This document shows, one piece after another, positions 52,644 through 64,000 of a stretch of 64,000 bases of DNA. Numbering within the stretch: position 1 is the stretch's first letter; each line of letters begins with the position of its first letter. Below the pieces are notes generated by a model that was given only the letters and a program-made list of their open reading frames with translations, was not told the origin of the DNA and did no database searches. Both the position numbers and the translations under genes were made by a program. Source of the DNA: Bugula neritina (Eukaryota > Animalia > Bryozoa). The stretch is taken from NCBI GenBank assembly GCA_964035545.1, contig OZ037765.1:27279504-27343503 (forward strand), in the 5' to 3' direction.

Positions 52644-55600
52644 ATGTGGATTCAAGTTCGTTCAATGGATGGTCAAACGACTCATCGAGTAGATGGATTA
52701 TCTAAGCTGACAAAAATTGCAGAGTTGAGAAAAATATTAGTTGAGAAGTTTGATGCAGAACCTGAACAACAAAGGTTGTTTTACAGAGGAAAACAGGTAG
52801 ATGGTCATACTGACAAACTTTAACTGAAATTTGAGTGTGTTATTTTAACCATAGGCCATAGTCATAGTGATAGTGATAGCCAATACTTATACTACAAGTA
52901 CAATAATATTTATTATAATAAGTATAACAATTGTAAATACTAAATAAATATAATAATTAATAAATGATTAATTACTATTAAATTTGATATAAATATTACA
53001 CTTATACTTAATCTTATAGTTGGTGGTACACTTGCAGTAACTGTTAGTGTAACATAAACAAGCTTAAAGTATCAGTATGAGTATTGTTTCAAGTTCAAGT
53101 CATATTCATATTGATATTCAGTTTCACATTGAATGATTGACTTTGAGTTTGAGGTGATTAGTCATACTCATAGTCATAGTCATAGTGATACTGCTTAACA
53201 TTCACATTGGTCATTGGATTTCAAATTGATAAAGCTATTGCTATCACTATGAGTATGACTATGGTCTATCTCTATGAGTATGACTATCTCTATGGCCATG
53301 GGTATCAGATTCACTTTCAGTCTGAACTATGAGTAGCTATAATTAATATTATAAATTAATTGTAAGTATAAGTAGAACATCAAGTTTAATTATAATGTTA
53401 TACTTACAAGTTACACTTATAACATTAGCCTTAGACTTAGCTAATACTAATAGCTTCACAGTAAACCATGTCCATGTTGATAATGATACTGATAGTGATC
53501 CTACTTTTACTCTAACTTAAATACAATAATTTAGAACTAGCAAATAGTAAAATACTAATACTAATAGTTACAGTGATTATTTCAATCTGCTTGTTATAAA
53601 TTCTTATGCTTAAAGTTGGGCTGGTGTTGACCAGGCTTAACAAAAATGGAATGATTATTGCCCTTGTCATTGTGCCGATACTAGTACATTATTATGCTCA
53701 GATCCAGTTACTATTTTATTCCCAGTAGTTTGCTATTACCATGCCTATAAAAAGTTATATATATATTATTTATTACTTGATGATTTTAAAACGTATTAGT
53801 GATTGCAATCACAATTAATAATAATTTTAATACTGGAAGTGGAAACAGAAGAGCTGGCAATAAAATTTAATTTGCAGGCATCCCAAATATATTGCAAAGT
53901 GATCTGAAAATGCTTAGTCCCTCTCACTGAAGTCAGAATAAAAAACTTTGTAGTTTTCCTTCTTTTCAACACTAATTGTTAGCTTTCCTTTCATAGAAAC
54001 AGTTTCATAAACACAATAAAAATCCAAGCAAATTCCCTGATTGCATTTTAGTATGCAAGTAATGGTTTTATGTAATAATTTTTAGTTTTTAAATGATCAA
54101 ATTCAGACTCATTAGCAACTGAAATTTATTTTTATGATTTTCATAGTGCATTCTGCTCAAGAACTATTTTAGATTTAGAATTATACTCCCTGATTTACTG
54201 TACGTTGGAAATTGCTGAATGAATATAAATTGACACTCTTATTGGTTTTTATAGCTGGAAGACTCCCATTCGCTGTTTGATTATGACGTTCGGCAGAATG
54301 ATCTAATTCAAATTATGATTCGTGCCACACAGCAGCCTCTGCCACCCGTTTCTTCAAAGTATGATGATTGTGAAAAATCTAATCTCTCAGACAAAGAAAA
54401 TTTAGAGGTGTGATTTACTTCATAGCCTACAGGTTACTGTACTCTGCTATTTGATAGATCTCTGTTGGTAGTTTTACTTTACATCTATAGCCTTTAATAT
54501 CATATATATAATTTCCGCTTGTAGCCTTCAGAGAATGAAGCTATGGAACATGTAACTACCTCTGTATTGGATGATGCCATTTACAAGGTACAGCTCAGTT
54601 ATATATTAGGTTTGGTTTTTTATTAAAATATAATTGGAATTACAATTATCTTAATACAGTCACAAACAAATTATCTGAGGTAATATTATTATAATTAAAT
54701 TGTTGAGAGTAATTCCTTTGCTGTCCATGCAGTTAGGCGATATCTTAGATGGAAGAGATCCAGATTTAGGATCATGGCATGAAGTCACCATTAAGAAAAT
54801 AGTGAAGGCAACCAGTGAGGAAAACCTTAAACTCAAAGACTCAAAAAACTTTTCTCCGGATTCTTTTCCATTACGTGAAGAGGCTGATGCATATATTTAT
54901 CATATTGTGTATGATGGGTAAGTTGTTCCTAGCCGCCATACGCATTGCACAAATGTATAAAATTCACTGTCTTTGTTCGAGAATAATTTTTTTCCGACTT
55001 TCAATATTTATTGAACTCCTGTCGATAATTTCCACCATTTTGGACATCATTTGAGTGATATTGCCGAACTGATAGCCTCTTTACAGTCATCTGTCTTCCA
55101 AGTGTTGTTTCTGTACCAATTATAAGCAGATATTTTCTGTAAACAGTAGTTCAATTCCAGCTGCATCAGTTGCATTTGGGTATAAAAGTAGGGGATGCAT
55201 TATTCTATGATAAAATGCTGCCTATGTTTTAACCCTGGTAATGAACTGAACTTACCTAGGTGATAGTGTCTATTTAAACTCACTAATAGCAATTAATCTT
55301 TAGAAGTAAGTTTTCATTTTACTGCTTCATTTATACTCTTTTAGATTTAGAAATTACTCTCATGTTATAAGTTTTAAAGCTTCAACTGGAATTAAATGAA
55401 AAATTATATTTATAAAGTCAAGGAGAAACTGTAAGGAACATGGTGTGTCAATTAATGAGTATTATACGCAGTGAGTTGAGAATTTACTTGAATGCCGTAA
55501 CAATGTAATGTTGCAGTTACGAAGAGGATGGGGAGACACAACTTCGGAGTTGTAATCTAAGGCCTAGAGCTCGAAATGTTGTACCATTTACTGATGTTGA

Positions 55601-58600
55601 GGTAGGAAGCAAAGTTATGATTAATCATAATCTAGACGATCCGAAGCAAAGAGGGTATTGGTATGATTCCATTGTGACAGGAAAGAAAGATAGTCGCTCC
55701 TGCAAGGAACTGTACTGTACCGTGTTTTTTGGGTGAGTTTAGGGTTGCCACGGTTTCTACAAATGGTTTATATAAAAAAAGTCTATGCTGATTTGAAAAA
55801 CAGGGGCGTATTGAAATAATTAGTGAAAATACTTAGTACTAAAGTTCAAGTATGAAGTAAATTTGCTCAATTACGCTATAGGAATTTTTTCCCTGTCCAT
55901 TTTTTATGCGAGATTCAAATTGATTGATTTGCTTACAAATAGTAATTTGAGTTTTTGCTTACTTGTTTCCTGATTGTTTTACAGGTTTGTGTATTCAAAT
56001 TTTCAGCCTTGACTAAATTTTGCCCATTTTTATTATAGAGTAAAGATCTAACCTTTTGAGTCAATAATAAGCTAACAAGAGCTTTATGCCATTTATTACA
56101 TTTTTGTTCAACTGTAATGGCATATTACCAATATTACCACCTCTGTAATTTCAGTTAAACACAATAATCTGTTTGAGTTTTTGTTTCTGATCAACTTTCA
56201 TAATCATTTCTTGAGTGGGCAGCAGAATTTCAGTTTCTGCTCATTTTATAAATTTTCTCATCTAGTTAATTAACACATTCACACAATTTATCTGTTCACA
56301 TGTTTTAGCAAGAAGTTGATTTCTCAGTTTTTAATGTTTCAGACAGGACCTGGCACCTCTGTGTGACTGCACTATTATATTTCCTGATGAGGTGTTTCTA
56401 ATTGAGCCAAAAGGAAGTCAGAAAAACATTCACCTCGATGGCGAGACTGCTACACCAACTAAAAGTATGTTGAATTCTACTGAGGTGCTATTGTAATCAG
56501 TTATTCCGAGTACCTGAAATATAGATGAAAACTGGTATACAGACTGGCTAATGGCCGCCAGTTCGTGACTATGTCAAATTGTTGCAATGAAGGATATTAT
56601 GTGCTGCCATTTTCTAGGAACCAATAAGCCGGATTGTGATTTTTGTCTCGATAATCCAAGAAAAAAGTGTAAGGAATGTGCATGCAGACAGTGTGGTGGA
56701 AAAGATAAGCCAGATGTTCAGATTATCTGCGATGAATGTAATGATGCCTACCATATATACTGTCTAAACCCTCCATTAGATGCCGTGCCAAATGTAGATG
56801 AGTGGTGAGTTGACATAATGTATACTGCTAGACATATTTCTAGAGTTACCATTATATTCTATAATCTATGGGGTTAATGATGTGTTGTTGCAGGTATTGT
56901 CCCTTGTGTAAGAATGACAACTCCGCAGTTGTTTTAGCTGGAGAAAAACTGAAAGCTTCTAAAAAGAAATCTAAAATGGCGTCTGCAACTGGGACTTGCA
57001 CCCGGGATTGGGGAAAGGTACATACATTAGCTTTGATAGTTTAATAATTTGTCTTAATTTGACAAAAATTAAAGGCATGGCACTACTACTGATTTAGCTC
57101 TGCAACATGTCATTTTTTTTAAAAAGTTTAATCATGCATTTTAGTGTACCGTTTATTGTAGTTGTTACTCAAACTGTTTTGTTAGATATCTGACTTTAAT
57201 GTTTATTATTGTATTCAGTTGTGAATATTCTTCACTGTGAATGAGATTTTTATTTTGTATAAGTGCTGTCAAAGCTATAAATGAGTTATAGATCTGCATT
57301 CTCAACACATTTCGTTTTGAAATGCAGGGCATGGCCACTGTTGGCAGAACCACCGAGTGTACTATTGTGCCTAAGAACCATTTTGGACCCATACCTGGTG
57401 TTGAAGTTGGCACCTTGTGGAAATTTAGAGTTCAGGTGAGCTTTCATTTACCGTTTTCTGTCAATTGTTTTTTATTGGTCTGATATTCAGACATATTCTA
57501 TTTGATAATATATTTTATGATTGCGTCAATGTGGTGTAGATTGTCACTGTTCATAAGCAACTACAACCCTGTAAGTAGCTTGTAGCAATATGCAATTACT
57601 ACAAGTTAGAATACCTTCCTAGCTGTAGACTTGTAGATAGTTTTTAGTCAATAAGATATTCATTGCTTTGAATTTTGGATCTAATTTAAACAGCTACTTT
57701 TATATTTGTCACATACATTGCAATTGCATTAAAACAAAGTTGTATGTAAATATCAAATTCCAACAGAATACAGACCCGGGTGTTGACAACTTCCATGTCT
57801 AACTGTTGATATACTGACTTATGTAATGTAAGTGTGACTAAGTGTGTATTGGTTTAGGTGAGCGAAGCTGGAGTGCACCGGCCACATGTCGCTGGTATAG
57901 CAGCTCGAGAGAATGAAGGAGCTTTTTCTATTGTTCTATCTGGAGGATATGAGGACGACGTGGTGAGTCAGCCAGCGGCTTAATGATGTCTCTGCTATAC
58001 TTCCAACGTTTAGAACAGCTTTTCTATATGGTTATACTCATTTAATATTTCTTCTGTGTTTGTGATTATGTTTTGTGTATATCATATTGGAATAGGATAA
58101 TGGAGAGACGTTTGAATACACAGGAAGTGGAGGCAGAGATCTCAGCGGAAACAAAAGGACTGCTGAACAATCCAGTGATCAAAAATTAACAAAATCAAAC
58201 CTGTTAGTAAATTTTATCATTTTGCTACATCTATCTTTAAAATAAGTGGTGCATCATGGAGCCAGTCTTTTGTGTATATATAGGAGACCTAAGATGTGAC
58301 TAACAGGTCATTCGCTACTAAGTTAAAAAGGATTTTCCTCCTATGCATTATTAATTAAATTATAAGAGTGTCTAATGATAGAAACTGCATCAAATATCTT
58401 CTAGCTATATATTTCGCCTGTTATATCATCTTTTTTGTTTGGTTTTTTAGTGGTTTAGCTAAAAATTGTAATGCGCCTGTTAATACTAAAGTTGGAGCTG
58501 AAGCTAAAGATTGGAAAGCTGGAAAGCCAGTGAGAGTAGTGAGAAATTGTAAACTTGCGAAGCATTCCAAATACGCCCCTGAGGAAGGAAATAGATATGA

Positions 58601-59737
58601 TGGTGTTTACAAGGTAGATTTCTGTAGTTTCAGCTTTATAGTGGAAATAACACTCTATTGAAATGAACAACTCATTCTTGTAATATGCGATTGTACACCA
58701 GTGAAAGTTTTTCCTACCTCTGCTATGGTAATCGAGACAGAGCTGTGGTGCTTTTGCAATTAAATTAACATATTCTAGAGCTTTTTGACATATTAATGAT
58801 TTGGTGCATCCTTTTAGCTGGTAAAGTATTGGCCTGAGAAAGGAAGATCTGGATTTCTTGTGTGGCGGTACTTGTTCAGACGTGACGACCCAGCACCTGC
58901 ACCATGGACGAAAGCTGGAAAAAAGCGTAGCCAACAGCTGGGCCTGGTTATGCAATATCCTGATGGGTATGAAGAGAAGCAGAAGGACATTGAAGAGAAC
59001 GCTAGCAAAGGAAAGCGAAAGAGTAAGCAAGGTTAGAAATTTTTTTTATTTAACTTTATTCAAATATGCCGACATGTTCTGCAATTATGGTTTCTCATCA
59101 TATCAAGAATGTATCATTTGTTATATCATCTGTTACTTCTTTAGGAGCTACGGATGATTTGCCAGTCAAGAAATCCAAGATAGTTGCATACAAACCTCCT
59201 GCAGATGTTGCTAAAAACATCAAGTTAGATGAACAAAATGTCAAAGTGTGGAATGAAGCTGTGCTATGTGCCAAAGACGGAAGCCAAGCTTTTTTAACTC
59301 AAGTGCAGGAGTTATTTTCATGCATATGTTGTCAGGATTTAGTTTACCATCCTGTCACTACTGAATGCAAGCACAACTTTTGCAAGGCAAGTTGAATCAC
59401 AGTGCTAAAGGCAACCATTGAAATATACCAGTCAAGAAATCCAAGATAGTTACATACAAAGCTCTTGCAGATATTGCTAAAAATATTAAGTTGGATGAAC
59501 AAAATGTCAAAGTGTGGAATGAAGCTGTGCTATGAGCTAGGGCTGATTTATGGAACAACAAATGTTCTATATGCATTTATAATGTTGTAGGACTGTATAC
59601 AGAGGGCATTCAAAGCAGAAGTATATACTTGCCCCAGCTGCAGACACGAGATAGGGAAAAATGCTACATTAACTGTTAACAAGCCCTTGTCTGATGTTTT
59701 ACACGCACTGTTTCCAGGGTACGGCTCTGCTCGCTGA
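52644..59737 (+). CDS. UHRF1: E3 ubiquitin ligase UHRF1 (UBL, tandem Tudor, PHD, SRA, RING), 15 exons, about 762 aa
   Basis: Exons 52644-52796, 54255-54407, 54525-54587, 54733-54917, 55517-55732, 56343-56464, 56618-56804, 56894-57017, 57328-57435, 57858-57962, 58096-58202, 58451-58613, 58818-59031, 59145-59386 (GC donor), 59591-59737. Motifs: [10 protein letters not shown]...LSKLTKI; PHD CDEC...HIYCLNPPL; [29 protein letters not shown]; RING CICCQ...C.HNFCK; terminal FPGYGSAR. Confidence 0.97.
59428..59537 (+). pseudogene. Decayed partial duplicate of UHRF1 exon 14 inside the last intron
   Basis: 110-bp copy of 59162-59271 with 8 substitutions, including TGT->TGA. Confidence 0.9.
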
Positions 59738-60302
59738 GTATTTACAGTATTCTGCTTGTCTTCCATTTGCAATTTATAATGCTTAAAATAAATATTTTTT
59801 ATCACATATTTACTAGTTCATTAATGGTACATGTATGCTTTGCTTACATTTTCAATATAGTGAATGAAATTTGAACTTACAGTAACACATTTAGTTTATT
59901 ACTTTACTGGATTTTAAGGAATTATTTTATTGTTTTTAGTAGTAGAGTAGATGGTATGGCTAAGGTTAGATTGTATACAGATACTACATATATTTTCAAT
60001 AAATATATCACTTTTTCATTGTCTAAAAGCGCTTATGTGCTGATATGTTGAAATGAAATTTTATTATATTGCTGCTTACATGTTTATACAAAATAAAACA
60101 TGCACTTCATATCACACAACCACACTGAAAAAATAATTGCGTTCCAGTATTCTATTTGAAAGTGTGCAGAGTTAAAAATGTTTAAAAGAAAAGAAAGTTC
60201 ATACCTGGGGGGTATAAAAGTATATGTCAAAATATCAAAGGTTTAAAACATTCACTAAAATGCAGTAAAAAATGGTAGAGACTTCGAAATGGTAGAGACT
60301 TA

Positions 60303-61483
<1,181 letters not shown>

Positions 61484-61967
61484 TCAGTTTGTGTATAGGC
61501 ACTAGGTAAGTTGTCCCTGATTTTGCTTCTTAAACTGTAAAATAGTGATGGTAATGGCATTTTTAAATAGCTGCATAATATGGTTATATTATAAATTTAT
61601 TAAAAAATAAATTCCATTAAAATAAATAGCACAATAATTTCATGGCAAAGTCCAAAGAAATGGTTGATAATAAATGTAATCTTGAATTTTATAGAAATAA
61701 TGAATTCTATTTAGGAAATATAATTTACATGAGCAATTGAAAATACCTACGCCCGCTACCCAAACAGGACAGAGCAGAGATAGGTGAAGAACTGAGAATA
61801 CCTACTTTTTTACATATTTCATAGCAATTATTGCTTAAATTAATCAGTTATCAGTTTCAATGTTGCTCTATTAGCATCATTATTAGTATTTCATTATATA
61901 CAGAATTTGTCTTTCGGTTTGAAATACTATTATGATATTAAATTTATTATCACAACTGTGATAAAAA

Positions 61968-62174
61968 GGGGTCCTTGTTTTGTACAAAAGTCATTTGTAC
62001 ACTGGTTGTTTCATACACAAACTGTTGTACACAAAATGAAAAATGAATTAATCCTAAACCCAAATATTAAATAAATATAAAAACATATGTATGTTAGTTA
62101 ATTCATATTGATATGTAAGAAACGACCTGAAAAAGTGGGTACGAAACGACTTGTGTACGAAATTACCTGCACCC
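61968..62174. mobile_element. Degenerate MITE-like element with GTACGAAACG-type subterminal repeats
   Basis: Left TTTGTACAAAAGTCATTTGTAC matches the reverse complement of the right end (TTCGTACACAAGTCGTTTCGTAC), differing partly by CpG-type transitions; AT-rich core. Confidence 0.45.
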
Positions 62175-62757
62175 ATCAAAAGCATTAGCACGAGCGTCTA
62201 AATTTGATAACCAGAAATCTGTACTGATCTTGATATTTATAATGATAATCATACTCATAGGGACCTAATTTTTGACAATAATCAATAGCTATCATAATTT
62301 TTTACTAGCACTACAATATGAAAATATTTAATTTAATATCATTATTAATTATAAATATAAGCATAATTTAATAATTTACATTAAATTTAATAACAATATC
62401 AATAGCAACATAATCAAATTGAAATTCAATATCATAATCATATTGACATTCTTATTATAATTATTTCACAATCTTTATGACCAAGACAGAGACTTCAAAA
62501 TCATACCAAGAAGTATAATATTAATTAAAATTTAGCAGTACAACCAACATCATTATGATAAACACTAACAGTAGCCAGCCACAATGACCTTCACAATTTC
62601 AAACTCAATGTGAACAAAAATGAATTAGAATATCAATATGATTCACTTTAAGAGCCCAGAAGATGAGGCAGATCAAAATGAACAAGTTTGAAGAATAACT
62701 GTGAGTGTAAGAGCTAGTTTTCCATAAAAATGAATATACTTTAATTTATACTTTTAA

Positions 62758-63126
62758 ATACCTTTGAAGACATGGAAGACTTGGAAACACTTAAGACTCA
62801 AGGTTATACAAGTGCCTCATTTGTTTTACAGTGTGGACTACAGGTTAAGTAGTGATTATGTTGATTTTTGCTACTTTTTATATGGACCCCTTGGTGTCTC
62901 CAATCACTTTAGTCTAATGGTTCTTGGTAAGAAACTACCAAGGTATACTGTTACTTGTATGTTTGTAATAATATTATGATGATAATTACCAAAAACCATT
63001 AGTGATTAGCGACACCAGAGGGTCCATATGAAAAAACCAACACTATTACCACCTGTAAAACAAATGTGAAATGAGGCACTTCTAGTTCTATGAGTGTTTT
63101 CAGGTGTTCTATGTTTTCAAAGGTAT
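62758..63126. mobile_element. Foldback element with long diverged inverted arms (62758-62930 and 62986-63126)
   Basis: The arms share ATACCTTTGAA, AAGTGCCTCATTT, TTTGTTTTACAG, ATATGGACCC, TGGTGTC, AATCACT and TAATGGTT(C/T)TTGGTAA in inverted orientation. Confidence 0.7.
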
Positions 63127-63666
63127 CAGTATCAGTATGATAGTGTATGAGCATCACTACGATTATATTTATATTTAATAATTTAATTTTATTGATATTC
63201 AATCACATTGACATTATTATTATAAATATAATAATACTATAATATTAAGTTGAATTACTATTATAACTCAAAACATTAACATGTAGTGATCATGTACATC
63301 AACATGAACTCAACACGGTGACACTGGCAGTCATAATCATAATGATAGTGGTTATCATAATTATAATGGTAGTGGTACTGATGCTGATGGTAGCACTAGT
63401 GCTAGTACTAGTAATAGTTATAATTGATAATTATATTTTATTTAATATTATTATTAATAATAATAATATTTTATATTTATAATAATTATAATAACATAGT
63501 ACTAGTAGCGTCTTAATTTGTTATATATGTTTTATCAGAGTCCTGTGTGTATCCTTTTAATTACTTAGAGTAATATTTTCACTTATTTGTTATTTCTATA
63601 ATAATAATTAGTATCACTTTATTATGATTATAAATTATCATTATCAGTATGCACAAGTTACACTTA

Positions 63667-63860
63667 CAGCAACAGCCTACGTAAAAATGGGTGAATAGAT
63701 AAGGGAGACAACGCCGCGGCTATGTAGGCGAAACAGAAACGGGCTATTGTTTACCCACACCTCATTGGTTTGTTCCGCTGTAAAATAAATATCTTAGCGG
63801 CTCCAATAATGTCATTAACATCAATTTTGTTTACACGCGCATGCGATCTAACTATCCAAG
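63667..63860 (-). promoter_or_regulatory. Putative CMPK1 promoter and non-coding first exon
   Basis: CpG-rich patch; minus-strand donor GTAAGT near 63662-63667; acceptor TTTACAG at 61535-61541 just upstream of the first coding exon. Confidence 0.45.
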
Positions 63861-64000
63861 CGGTAAATTCAAAGTGACCTTGAGTTTGCCAACACTATTT
63901 TGTGACATAAAAAACACTATTTGCTGTTTGTAATTTTATCCACATAGTTTCAAAATTAAAACGTTAAGTAGCTTAACAGCTATAGCAATATTTGTTTAGT

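Noticed and set aside
58455-59030. 191-aa minus-strand ORF
   Set aside because: Antisense shadow of UHRF1 SRA exons, with no recognisable protein features.
60269-60301. 17-bp tandem duplication AAATGGTAGAGACTT just after the CMPK1 stop codon
   Set aside because: Ordinary micro-duplication in a 3'UTR with no evidence of function.
62764-63202. Two similar short ORFs on opposite strands (YGP.GV.NH)
   Set aside because: The similarity comes from the inverted-repeat arms, not from coding conservation.

Overview
AT-rich, intron-containing animal (invertebrate-like) genomic DNA, not prokaryotic. I reconstructed four host genes by hand from splice sites and exon phases. (1) A minus-strand receptor-type protein tyrosine phosphatase with 29 coding exons (39559 down to 73, 3' end outside the window): signal peptide, EGF-like, Ig, 4x FN3, a membrane-proximal FN3-like domain, TM, PTP D1 and PTP D2. 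(2) A divergently transcribed mucolipin/TRPML channel (45163-51035, +). (3) UHRF1 (52644-59737, +). (4) UMP-CMP kinase CMPK1 (60303-61447, -). The 12-kb PTP intron holds a complete, apparently intact 5.3-kb PIF/Harbinger DNA transposon (11716-17011) with 15-bp perfect TIRs, a TAA TSD, a spliced DDE transposase and a convergent spliced MADF/BESS-like partner gene. The most notable observations are: a hidden internal promoter with a second signal-peptide exon, 39 nt from a long-form exon, which predicts a short PTP isoform; a shared CpG-poor, 3/6-periodic sequence vocabulary just downstream of each inferred promoter, including the transposon's; several foldback elements; a triplicated splice donor; two GC-AG introns; and an F-to-H change in the UHRF1 Tudor aromatic cage. 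All gene models are manual and unconfirmed by transcripts.
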